DNA of 64,000 nucleotides, from positions 27,698 to 91,697 of the forward strand of contig JBDKRC010000027.1 in the NCBI GenBank assembly GCA_039683575.1. Reading direction: 5' to 3'. Below, in pieces: positions 46,919 to 55,632 of this stretch (position 1 is its first letter; each line of letters starts with the position of its first letter). The stretch is from Armatimonadia bacterium (lineage in GTDB: Bacteria > Armatimonadota > Zipacnadia > Zipacnadales > UBA11051). The notes below the pieces were generated by a model, which did not search any database, was not told where the DNA came from, and was given only the letters and a program-made list of their open reading frames with translations. Both the position numbers and the translations under genes were made by a program.

Positions 46919-47236
46919 ATGGGACGCCAACCCGACAACCACCTGATTCCCGCAGAACCCACCCACCCCGGTGAGGTGCTCAGAGAAGAGCTGGCTGCCC
47001 GCGGCATGACCCAGACCGACCTCGCAAGCGCAATGGGACGGCCGCTGCAGACCATCAACATGATCGTCAAGGGCCGCAAGAGCATCTCGGCCGAAACCGC
47101 ACTCGATCTGGAGAAAGCCTTGCCGGGCATTCCTGCAGACTTCTGGCTTCAACTCGACATGCGGTACCGCCTGAACGTCGAGCGCCTGCGGCGCACGGCA
47201 GCAGGCTCAGCACCGGCGGCCGTGGCCAACGCATAG
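46919..47236 (+). CDS. higA: HigA-family antitoxin (XRE HTH)
   Basis: PTHPGEVLREEL, MTQ.DLA, IS.ETAL.L and FWL.L..Y motifs. Confidence 0.85.
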   Translation: MGRQPDNHLIPAEPTHPGEVLREELAARGMTQTDLASAMGRPLQTINMIVKGRKSISAETALDLEKALPGIPADFWLQLDMRYRLNVERLRRTAAGSAPAAVANA

Positions 47237-47241
47237 GGGGA

Positions 47242-47288
47242 CCTCTGTCCTCTGATCCGTGACCTCTGATTCCTGATCCCAGACCTCC
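47242..47288. repeat. Heptamer tandem repeat (cctctga-like)
   Basis: cctctgt cctctga tccgtga cctctga ttcctga tcccaga cctc. Confidence 0.7.
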
Positions 47289-47303
47289 AAGGAGATGATA
47301 CTT

Positions 47304-48380
47304 TTGTCCGAACCTCGCAAAGCCAAAGTCGCCTTCGTCGGCTGTGGCGGCTTCACCAACGCATCAATCTTCCCCTGCCTCCCCATGGTCCCGCAGCTCG
47401 AGGTCGTCGCCGTGTGCGACCTCATGGAAGAGAAGGCCAAAGCCGCCTCCCGCCTCTTCAACGCCTGCCCGGTCTACACCGACATGCACAAGATGCTGGA
47501 TGAGATCGAGGTGGACGGGGTATTCTCCATTGGCCCCGCGCCGACGCAGCACGAGGTCGCCCCGCAGATCATGAAGCGAGGGCTCCCGGTCTACGTCGAG
47601 AAGCCCTCCGCCAACAACTCCACCGATGCGATGGAAATGGTCAAGATCGCCGAGGACAACGGCGTCTGGGGCCAGGTCGGCTTCATGAAGCGCTTCGCTC
47701 CCGCCTACCGGATGGCCCAGAACATCATGGCCAAGCCTGAGTTCGGGCAACTCAACATGGTCCACTGCAAGTGGGGCCAGGGCGCCTATCCCCAAATCTG
47801 GGGCATCGACAGCGCCCAGCGCGCGTTCCTGATCGGCCAGTGCTGCCATCTGATGGACCTCATCCGCTACTTCGGCGGCGACATCGCCACCGTGCAGACC
47901 ATCTACCGCGAGGCCCCGCAGAACCCCGAGGATCCGAAGGTGTCCACCCGCATCGCGTATCTGACCAACGTCACCTTCCAGAACGGGGCTATCGGCCAGT
48001 TCGAACTCAGTTGCATGGAAACCGGCTCGTTCCGTGACCTGGACGAGAAGCTGGAACTGATCAGCATGGAGAATGTCGTCATCGTCCACCGCGTCTCGCA
48101 CGTCAACTGGCGCCGGGCGCAGGACTGGGACGACACCCCCACCAATTCCGGTTGGTACTCGTATGACTACGACTCCCGTGGCATGAGCGTCCGCAGCTCG
48201 CACGCGGCCAATGGCTACGTCGGCGAGGTCGAGCACTTTGCCAAGCGACTGCTCGGCGAAGTCGACAAGGGCATCTCCGGCGATCTCATGGATAGCGTCA
48301 AGAGCCTGCAGATCGGCGAGGCGATCTATGAGAGCGCCATGAACGGCGGCAAGACCGTCGAAGTGAAACATGGCAGGTAG
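47304..48380 (+). CDS. Gfo/Idh/MocA oxidoreductase
   Basis: VAFVGCGG, VEKP and VGFMKRFAP motifs; TTG start after AAGGAG. Confidence 0.9.
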   Translation: MSEPRKAKVAFVGCGGFTNASIFPCLPMVPQLEVVAVCDLMEEKAKAASRLFNACPVYTDMHKMLDEIEVDGVFSIGPAPTQHEVAPQIMKRGLPVYVEKPSANNSTDAMEMVKIAEDNGVWGQVGFMKRFAPAYRMAQNIMAKPEFGQLNMVHCKWGQGAYPQIWGIDSAQRAFLIGQCCHLMDLIRYFGGDIATVQTIYREAPQNPEDPKVSTRIAYLTNVTFQNGAIGQFELSCMETGSFRDLDEKLELISMENVVIVHRVSHVNWRRAQDWDDTPTNSGWYSYDYDSRGMSVRSSHAANGYVGEVEHFAKRLLGEVDKGISGDLMDSVKSLQIGEAIYESAMNGGKTVEVKHGR

Positions 48381-48407
48381 CCCAGCCTGCCTGGAAGGTA
48401 GGAACAC

Positions 48408-48914
48408 GTGATCATCCGAACAGAGAGGCCGGAAGACTTTCCCGGCATTTACGAGCTAGTAAAGCGCGCCTTCGAGACGGCCGCCGTTTCAAGTGGCGAC
48501 GAGCAGAACTTCGTCAACCGCCTGCGCGACAGCGATGCCTACATCCCAGAGCTGGCGCTGGTTGCCGAGGAGAACGGTGAACTGATCGGGCACATAATGA
48601 TCAGCCACAAGACCATCGAGGCTGACAGCCAGCAGTTCCCGATCCTGTACGTGGCGCCGCTCTCCGTGGCTCTGGAGCATCGCAAGAAGGGCATAGGCTC
48701 ACAACTGATGCGCGAGGGACTGCGCCTGGGGCGGGAACTAGGGCACAAGTCGGTGGTGCTGGTGGGCGACCCCGCCTACTACCACCGCTTTGGCTTCAAG
48801 ACCGCCGCACACTTCGGGATACACGACACACATGGCATCCCGGAGGAGAACGTGATGGTGTGCGAGCTGATTCCGGGAGCCCTGGACGGCGTCAGCGGAA
48901 CCATTGAGTTCTGA
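48408..48914 (+). CDS. GNAT N-acetyltransferase (YhbS-like)
   Basis: PLSV..EHRKKGIGSQL and LVGDPAYYHRFGF motifs. Confidence 0.9.
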   Translation: MIIRTERPEDFPGIYELVKRAFETAAVSSGDEQNFVNRLRDSDAYIPELALVAEENGELIGHIMISHKTIEADSQQFPILYVAPLSVALEHRKKGIGSQLMREGLRLGRELGHKSVVLVGDPAYYHRFGFKTAAHFGIHDTHGIPEENVMVCELIPGALDGVSGTIEF

Positions 48915-48998
48915 AGCCACAAAGCAGGAAGAGCGGAGCATGATGGGGAAGCAGCCCCTGTAGTCCACAAATCCAATAGCATTTCCCTGGAGGAAATC

Positions 48999-49823
48999 AT
49001 GTCTGACATCAAGTTCTCAATCCGCGAGGGAATGGTCCCCGGCCGGAACGTCATGGAGCGGTTCGAACTGCTCGCCAAGGTCGGCATCGCCGGCTGCGAG
49101 GTAACCAACACCATCAGTTGGGAGACGCTGGACGAGGTCAAGGCTGCTGCGAAGGCCACCGGCGTGCAGCCCAACATCTGGTCATCAAGCAATCTGGCAG
49201 TCATCCAGGCCGATGCCGGCGCCCGCCGTGAAGCCGTCGAGGCCTGCAAGGCCGCTCTGAAGATGTCCGGCGAAGTCGGCGCCATCGGCTTCATCCTGCC
49301 CCCGACCATCATCTGCAAGATGGCGAACCTGCCGCGCGTGAACGACCTCTCGCCGCTGATGAGCACCAGCGAACTCGAGCGCAAGCTCACCGCTGCTATC
49401 ATCATCAACGACCTCGCCCCCGTGGCCAAGGAAGCCGGCGCGGAGATCGTGATCGAGCCCCTGAACCGCTACGAGCAGTGGTGGCCGTGCAGCCTGCAGC
49501 ATGGCATTGACATCGTCAACGACGCTGGCGGCCCCGGCCACGGCGTGTGCATCATGGCCGACTTCTTCCACATGAACATCGAGGATGCGAGCTACTACGA
49601 CAGCATCAAGGCCGGCGGCGCGCTCATCAAGAACGTGCATCTCGCCGACAGCCAGCGCCTGCTGCCGGGCTACGGCCACACCGACTTCCACCCCGGCTTC
49701 AAGGCCCTCAAGGAGATCGGCTACAGCCAATACCTCGGCTTCGAGTGCGGGATTCCCGGCAAGTTCGAAGAGGAACTGCCCAAGTCCATGGACTACATGC
49801 GCAAGATTTGGGACGAAGCGTAG
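48999..49823 (+). CDS. Sugar phosphate isomerase/epimerase
   Basis: IEPLNRYE, DFFHMNIE and HLADSQR..PG.GH motifs. Confidence 0.9.
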   Translation: MSDIKFSIREGMVPGRNVMERFELLAKVGIAGCEVTNTISWETLDEVKAAAKATGVQPNIWSSSNLAVIQADAGARREAVEACKAALKMSGEVGAIGFILPPTIICKMANLPRVNDLSPLMSTSELERKLTAAIIINDLAPVAKEAGAEIVIEPLNRYEQWWPCSLQHGIDIVNDAGGPGHGVCIMADFFHMNIEDASYYDSIKAGGALIKNVHLADSQRLLPGYGHTDFHPGFKALKEIGYSQYLGFECGIPGKFEEELPKSMDYMRKIWDEA

Positions 49824-49858
49824 TTCGCAACCCTGACGATCAGCCCAGAATCGCAAAC

Positions 49859-49900
49859 AGGGGCGTCTCAAGCCAACAGGCTGGGACGCCCCTTTCATTT
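49859..49900 (+). terminator. Intrinsic terminator
   Basis: aggggcgtctca...tgggacgcccct followed by ttcattt. Confidence 0.65.
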
Positions 49901-49931
49901 CGCCCTTGGGCCTTCGCCCGGCGCGCTGGGC

Positions 49932-50213
49932 CTAGCTTGTTGCCGCGGCTTCCGCCGACTCGCTCGTCAGCGACCGCAGAGCTGCGCTCGCAGCCAGCCA
50001 CACCCGATGGCACTCGGGACAGACGACGAGCAGATCGCCAACTTCATCCTCCTCGTTGGTGGAGGCGATGCGAACGACTGCCTCATGCGCTTGCGCCGAT
50101 GCTGGGGCCAGGCACCGGCCGCGGTGGCCGCAGACGGACAGGCGGCATTCGCACCGCCCTCTCGACCGCTCCATGGCTAACTTTGCTTTTGCGGGTGTAA
50201 CCACGCTGTCCAC
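49932..50213 (-). CDS. Small Cys-rich HNH-like (zinc-binding) protein
   Basis: GRCEC....CGH.GRC ... DLLVVCPECH; AGGAG RBS and its own promoter; exact GTG start uncertain. Confidence 0.6.
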   Translation of the reverse strand: MDSVVTPAKAKLAMERSRGRCECRLSVCGHRGRCLAPASAQAHEAVVRIASTNEEDEVGDLLVVCPECHRVWLAASAALRSLTSESAEAAATS

Positions 50214-50250
50214 CACTCCTGTCCCACTAGACGCTCCCCAAGTGGCATAC

Positions 50251-50279
50251 AGTCTAGCCTGCTGCAACACCGATGTAAA
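50251..50279 (-). promoter_or_regulatory. Sigma70-type promoter
   Basis: TTTACA-17 nt-TAGACT on the minus strand. Confidence 0.55.
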
Positions 50280-50324
50280 TGCGTAGTAGTACGTATTTGT
50301 TCGACATGCCATTGCCAGCAGCGC

Positions 50325-50350
50325 AAAAGCCCGGCACTATCACCGGGCCT
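50325..50350 (-). terminator. Intrinsic terminator of the amrS-DUF362 transcript
   Basis: aggcccggtgatagtgccgggctttt on the minus strand. Confidence 0.65.
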
Positions 50351-50376
50351 GTCATGTCGGTACGGTCTATCGCTTT

Positions 50377-51360
50377 CTACCCGTCCCTCACCACCAACTG
50401 TATCGCGTTCGGGTCGCCACAGCCAAGCTTGTACTCGGCGGCGGTCTTGATGTGTTTTGGGGGTCGCTCCACCTCGTCCAGCGGCGGCAGGTTGTGCGCT
50501 TTGCGGTACAGGTCCAGCAGAATGTGAACTTGCGTGTCGAGCGCCACCGGGTCGGTACCTGCCATGATCGCGCCATAGAAGGCAACGTCCTTGGCGCTGT
50601 AGGCTGGGCCGTTGTCGTACTGCAGCCAGATGGCATCCACGACGCACAGCCGCTGCTTTTGCCGGATGGCCGTGGCCAGGTTCACATCCGCCACTGCCGG
50701 GTTGCAGCCGTCTATGTAGTGGAAGTCCTCCGGGTTGTGAATGCTGCCGAAGTGGTTCTTGAGAGCGCAGGTCATGCCCGCGAAGCAGTGCTGCTTGATC
50801 ACTGGCACGTTGACGATGGCGGTGCACTCGCGAGTCACGATCTTGCTCAAGCAGAAAGACGTCTTATTGATCTCCGTGAAGCGCTCCTCATACCCCGGGT
50901 TTTTGGTCGCTCCAACGGTACCATAGACCATCGGCCCCTCGCCGGTGGCCGTGCAGGTGAACCCCGCGCCCGCGAGGTCGCGGTCTTCCTTGTCGAAGAT
51001 GATGATGTTCTTATTGTCTACTCCAGCGAAGGTCAGCGCCTCCACCACCGCAGACACAACCTCCGGCTGTGTGCCCATCTGCGGGGCAATGCAGTTGACC
51101 TTGATGGCGACACGATCCTCCGGCTTGAAGAGCTGCTTCATCGCCTCGACGACGTTTGAGGCGCCAACTGCGTCCGCGATGGCAATGAAGGTCAGCGCCC
51201 GGATGCCAGCCGCGTACTGTTGCCCCTCCATCGTCTCCAGCGCGGCGCTGCGGGCCACAGACACACGCGGAGCCCCGTCTGCCTGCGCCGGAGACCACAG
51301 ACCTGAGGCGGCCGCGCCGGCGGCGAGTGCGGAGGCTTTGAGAAAATCTCTTCGGTCCAA
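50377..51360 (-). CDS. DUF362 protein with Tat signal
   Basis: DRRDFLK; VAIKVN, NVPVIKQH, ALKN.FG and DPVALD motifs; TTG start. Confidence 0.85.
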   Translation of the reverse strand: MDRRDFLKASALAAGAAASGLWSPAQADGAPRVSVARSAALETMEGQQYAAGIRALTFIAIADAVGASNVVEAMKQLFKPEDRVAIKVNCIAPQMGTQPEVVSAVVEALTFAGVDNKNIIIFDKEDRDLAGAGFTCTATGEGPMVYGTVGATKNPGYEERFTEINKTSFCLSKIVTRECTAIVNVPVIKQHCFAGMTCALKNHFGSIHNPEDFHYIDGCNPAVADVNLATAIRQKQRLCVVDAIWLQYDNGPAYSAKDVAFYGAIMAGTDPVALDTQVHILLDLYRKAHNLPPLDEVERPPKHIKTAAEYKLGCGDPNAIQLVVRDG

Positions 51361-51383
51361 ATCAGTGCCTCGTGAGTCGGTGG

Positions 51384-52538
51384 TTACTTCCAGATCCCTG
51401 GGATTCTCAGGCCGCACTTGGTGCACTTGCCCGTATTGACGTTGAGGCCGGTATTCTGCACCTCAAACCCTACACGCCTGATTACCTGAACCCCACACTT
51501 GGGGCAATACGTGCTCTCGGCGGGGTCACCGGCCATGTTCCCCAAGTAGACGTACTGCAGCCCGTTGTCATAGGCCAACTTGCGCAGGTCCCGCATCGTG
51601 TCTACTGGTGTGGCCGCCACATTGCGCAGGCGGTACTGTGGGAAGAACCTCGAAACGTGCAGCGGGACGTACGCGCCGGCGGCATACGCAATGAACTTGC
51701 ACATGTCGCCGAACAGCTTGCGGTCGTCGTTGTATCCCGGTATGACCAGATTGGTCAGTTCGAGCCACACATCAGATTCCGCGACAAGCTTGATGTTCTC
51801 AAGCACCGCATCAATCTTGCAGCCGACCACGTCCTCGTAGAAACTCCTGGAGTATGCCTTGAGGTCGATGTTGACGGCGTCCACGAGCTTGCAGATGTCG
51901 CTGAGGGGCTCCGGATTACATCCGGCCGACGTGTGCATCAGCGTTCTGATGCCCGCTTTCCGCGCCTCTTTGGCCGTGTCGGCGAGGTACTCGACTGCGA
52001 TCATTGGCTCACTGTAGGTGAATGTGATGGTCTTCAGGCCATACTTCTTCACCTGTGCTACGAGGTCCTCAGGCATCAGCGTCTCGTTGTCGGTCTGCTC
52101 GGGGCGCTTCTGGGCGAACTGCCAGCTCTGGCAGTACAGGCAGGTAAGGTTGCAGCCGGCAGTTCCGAGGGCGAGCGTCTTCGTGGCCGGGAGGAAGTGG
52201 AAGAACGGGCCCTTCTCCATCGGGTCGCCCTTCACCGCGTCCCCAACGGGACGCCCATATACCTTGGTAACGTAGACCCCGCCGACATTCTCCCGCACGC
52301 CGCACAGGCCCCGCTCACCTTCCTTGATCTCACAGTGCCGCGGGCAGAGCTGGCACTTTACGGTCTTCCCCTCGAGTTGCTTGAAGTACCGCGCCGGGAC
52401 GTTGGAGACGTTGCCTACCTTGCCCATTACAGGCCCTGGCAGGTCCAGCGCGACGTTGCCAAGCAGGGGCATCGCACCAGCGGCCAGACACGCCCGTCCG
52501 CACTTACCCAGAAACTCGCGACGATCCATCTTGCTCAT
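51384..52538 (-). CDS. amrS: AmmeMemoRadiSam-system radical SAM enzyme with Tat-like signal
   Basis: CQLCPRHC, DPMEK.PFFHF.P, GCNLTCLYCQ, FTYSEP and TYCPKCG motifs; N-terminus MSKMDRREFLG. Confidence 0.85.
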   Translation of the reverse strand: MSKMDRREFLGKCGRACLAAGAMPLLGNVALDLPGPVMGKVGNVSNVPARYFKQLEGKTVKCQLCPRHCEIKEGERGLCGVRENVGGVYVTKVYGRPVGDAVKGDPMEKGPFFHFLPATKTLALGTAGCNLTCLYCQSWQFAQKRPEQTDNETLMPEDLVAQVKKYGLKTITFTYSEPMIAVEYLADTAKEARKAGIRTLMHTSAGCNPEPLSDICKLVDAVNIDLKAYSRSFYEDVVGCKIDAVLENIKLVAESDVWLELTNLVIPGYNDDRKLFGDMCKFIAYAAGAYVPLHVSRFFPQYRLRNVAATPVDTMRDLRKLAYDNGLQYVYLGNMAGDPAESTYCPKCGVQVIRRVGFEVQNTGLNVNTGKCTKCGLRIPGIWK

Positions 52539-52556
52539 GTTCCGAAACCTGATCTC

Positions 52557-52636
52557 CTGTGGGGCGGGGGCTCGTACCCCGCCGCTCGGGTGGTCGTAGA
52601 ACAAAGGCCGGCGGGGTACGAGCCCCCGCCCTACAG
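52557..52636. repeat. GTAG-type REP doublet (REPIN-like)
   Basis: ctgtggggcgggggctcgtaccccgccg...cggcggggtacgagcccccgccctacag. Confidence 0.85.
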
Positions 52637-52723
52637 CGGACGAACAAAGGGCGCCTGCCTCTGCGCCACCTACCGCGCACCCGCAGACGCCCTGCTTATT
52701 GCTTACATCTGCGATTCTGTGGA

Positions 52724-55402
52724 CTAACGCTGGGTCATACGGTCCCCGCCGCACAGGTTCCACTTGCGCAGCAGGTCCTCGCACCCGCCCCCAAGACAGC
52801 TATTCAACGCCACCATCAGCGGCTCCGGACCACTGTTGGGGCTCTGTTTGAGGTTCACGAACAGGTCACGATACGGCTCGCGGTCCACCAGCTTGCTCTT
52901 GGAGAACCCGCGGGTGTCGAGCAGCGAGAACAACATACCACAAGTGGTCTCGGCATTGAGGTCTTTGCTCGACTTCTGTTCGCGCACGTAGTTCGCCAGT
53001 GCCGCCAGTGATCCCTCGCGGGTGCGGATGACTTCCTCCTGCGGTAGGGCCACGGCCTCGGCGCTGCCGATGGCGTCGCGCGTCTCGGTCACGAGGTCAT
53101 ACTGCAGGCTCGCAGCGGCAAAGCGCGCGAGCCCGGAGCAGAACACGCCTTCTACCTCACCGAGCTTGCCCTTGCAGGCCTCGGCGACAAACCCGCCGGC
53201 GAGCGGCTCAAGGCCAATCGACCACTGTGGCGGGTCAGCGATGCCACTCGCAGCGACCTGGATGACGCCCGGAGCGGCCTTCCCACCCTCACCGACGCAG
53301 ATCGCTACCCTGCCATCCCGCGTGACGCCGGTCCAGTCGGCCATCAGTCGCGCGCCATTCTCCCAGATATTCGGCATGTTGTACTGCCGCATCTTCGCTG
53401 AGACGAGGTGCGGGGCGAAAACCACGATCTGCTGACCGTAGTAGCAGTCCAGCTTGCTGACATCACGCCCGGTCTGTTTGCTGATGTCTGCCACGAGGGT
53501 TGCGATCTCCTCGTTCCCGCCTGCGGTTCTCTCAAGCTCCATCTTGGCGTCATCGGCAAGGCCTGACCAGCTATAGTCGTCCACGATCCGCTTGTAGTAG
53601 TTGGTCGCCGTTCCACTATGCCCCAATTGCTCGTTCGCTCTTGCCGCGAGCCACAGCGCGGGGGCACAGAAGTCGTTCGTCTGCATGCTCAAGATCGGCT
53701 TGAGGCGCTTCAGGGCTTCCTGCCCCTGCCCCAGCGACAGCAGCATCGCCGCGATATTGAAGTCGGCGTCCGTGCCGAGGTCGTCGACGCTGAAATCATA
53801 CGGGATGTGGTGGTCGAAGGACTCGAACCACGCGAAGTTGAGGTGGCGGGAGTAAGCCCCCATCAGTGTATAGAAGGCATCCTTGTTACGCACCAGCGAG
53901 GCCGGGAAGATGTTCGGGAAGGCCTTGGCGAGGCCGGGGTAGATGCCCTGCGCCTTCTCCCAGTTCTGCGGGTCTGCATACCACTTGAGCATCCGCCACA
54001 GGGCCTCGAACTCCTTGTCGCTGCCCGGGAACGTGATGATGAGTTCCTGGTATGTCAGCGCCTCATCGGCGGGCTTGTTGGAGTCCTCGAAGGACTTGGC
54101 GATCTCATAGAGCGCATCGTCGCGCAAGGGGCTACCTGGCAGCCGGTCCACGACCACACTGAAGGCATCGCTCGCGCTCTTGATCGCGGCAAGTCCGGAC
54201 GAGGGTAGTGCGCCCTGCGCGCCCGTAGCATCCTCGAAGTCAGTCTTGTACTTGAACAGGTCCTCTGGGCCCTTGGCTTTGCTCAAGTCCTCGAAAAGAA
54301 TATTCATCTGCTGGTAGCAAAAGCCGATGTTATAGAGGGCATCGTCGTAGTTGTCGCTGCCGGGGAAGCGGTTGGAGAACTCACGGTAGGTCTTGATCGC
54401 CGCGGCGTACTCCCGGTAATTCTGGTGGTGCATCGCCACGTCATACAGCTCGGCGGCTTCCTTGCCGGGATCGTCCTCGCCGGGGTCATAGAACTCGCCG
54501 TTGATGCGCCCGCCAGACTTGCGGACATTAGTCAGCAGCGTGTTGTACTCCCGCATCGCCTGATTGGTCAGTGAGCTACCATGCATCGTATCAATCAGCC
54601 GGCAGTACGCATCCATGGCTTCACGGATACGCCCCTGGTGGCGCAGAGCGTCGGCGATGCGCATGTACGCCTCATCAACGCAGTCAGCGCAGGGATACCT
54701 GCGGATGAGATCATCTGAGGCGCGAATTGCAGCGTCATAGTCTTCTTCAGCCGCGTAGCTGATCGCCAGGGCATTCAGCGCGCTGGCGCAATTGTCACTC
54801 GCCGGGTACTTGTATGCCAGATCGCGTAGCGCGCGTACCGCCTCGGGCTCGTCCCCGACCTCGCGCAGCTCCTTTGTGATGGCAAAGAGGCCATCATCCG
54901 CCCAAGTGCTTCCGGGGTACTGCGTGATCAGGATGTTCAGCACTTCGATGGCGGCGGGATGGTCTTTGTCCTGCATATAGCACTGGGCCAGCCGCCACGC
55001 GGCATCATCGGCGAGGTCGCTGTCCGGGAACTGGTTGAGCAGCAGTTCCAGAGCATCCACTTGGTAGCGGAAGTTCTTGCGCACGGAATTCACGCGCGCG
55101 TTGTGCATGCAGGTGTCATCAGAGTAGTCAGTGTTGGGGAATCGTTCGAGGAAGGCCGCGTTGGCTGCGAGAGCCTTGCGGATCTGCTCTTCCTGCGACG
55201 GTTTGCAGCACGTGTAGGTCGCGCGCGCGGAGTCGTCATGCAGGTTGTAGTAAGTCAAACGCGTGGGCAGAAGCGCGATATCAGAGAAAGACGGGGCGAG
55301 AGCCTTACCGATATCGAAACCCTGGGCCGAAGCTCCCCCGCAGCACAACAGGCCGGTCACCACCACCAACAGCAGCACTATCCGAGAAAGCGGGTGTCGC
55401 AC
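52724..55402 (-). CDS. Secreted TPR protein (BamD/YfiO-like repeats)
   Basis: Signal peptide; repeated (Y/F)P.S..ADDA units. Confidence 0.8.
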   Translation of the reverse strand: MRHPLSRIVLLLVVVTGLLCCGGASAQGFDIGKALAPSFSDIALLPTRLTYYNLHDDSARATYTCCKPSQEEQIRKALAANAAFLERFPNTDYSDDTCMHNARVNSVRKNFRYQVDALELLLNQFPDSDLADDAAWRLAQCYMQDKDHPAAIEVLNILITQYPGSTWADDGLFAITKELREVGDEPEAVRALRDLAYKYPASDNCASALNALAISYAAEEDYDAAIRASDDLIRRYPCADCVDEAYMRIADALRHQGRIREAMDAYCRLIDTMHGSSLTNQAMREYNTLLTNVRKSGGRINGEFYDPGEDDPGKEAAELYDVAMHHQNYREYAAAIKTYREFSNRFPGSDNYDDALYNIGFCYQQMNILFEDLSKAKGPEDLFKYKTDFEDATGAQGALPSSGLAAIKSASDAFSVVVDRLPGSPLRDDALYEIAKSFEDSNKPADEALTYQELIITFPGSDKEFEALWRMLKWYADPQNWEKAQGIYPGLAKAFPNIFPASLVRNKDAFYTLMGAYSRHLNFAWFESFDHHIPYDFSVDDLGTDADFNIAAMLLSLGQGQEALKRLKPILSMQTNDFCAPALWLAARANEQLGHSGTATNYYKRIVDDYSWSGLADDAKMELERTAGGNEEIATLVADISKQTGRDVSKLDCYYGQQIVVFAPHLVSAKMRQYNMPNIWENGARLMADWTGVTRDGRVAICVGEGGKAAPGVIQVAASGIADPPQWSIGLEPLAGGFVAEACKGKLGEVEGVFCSGLARFAAASLQYDLVTETRDAIGSAEAVALPQEEVIRTREGSLAALANYVREQKSSKDLNAETTCGMLFSLLDTRGFSKSKLVDREPYRDLFVNLKQSPNSGPEPLMVALNSCLGGGCEDLLRKWNLCGGDRMTQR

Positions 55403-55537
55403 TTACACCACTCTCCTTACATACGGCGACTGTCTGGCTCGGCCCCCAGCTCCAATAACGCAAAAATAGCATAGCACTGCATAATGCCCGAGACAAGACG
55501 ATCCTGCGCATTTGGCGGATGTTTTTTGCGTCAAAAA

Positions 55538-55551
55538 TGTGAACGCTCAAA
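55538..55551. promoter_or_regulatory. LacI-family / cre-like operator candidate
   Basis: TGTGAACGCTCAAA, 13/14 match to TGWNANCGNTNWCA, in a divergent promoter region. Confidence 0.4.
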
Positions 55552-55632
55552 CTCAGGGGAGGTTGAGAGGGTTCCGCAGGGAATTACTCTCGTGCGCCAC
55601 AATGGCAAATGCAAGCTCTCCGGAGGACGAAT

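Noticed and set aside
52539-52784. N-terminal extension of the radical SAM ORF
   Set aside because: It runs through a REP doublet and overlaps the upstream gene. The Tat-like start at 52538 fits better.
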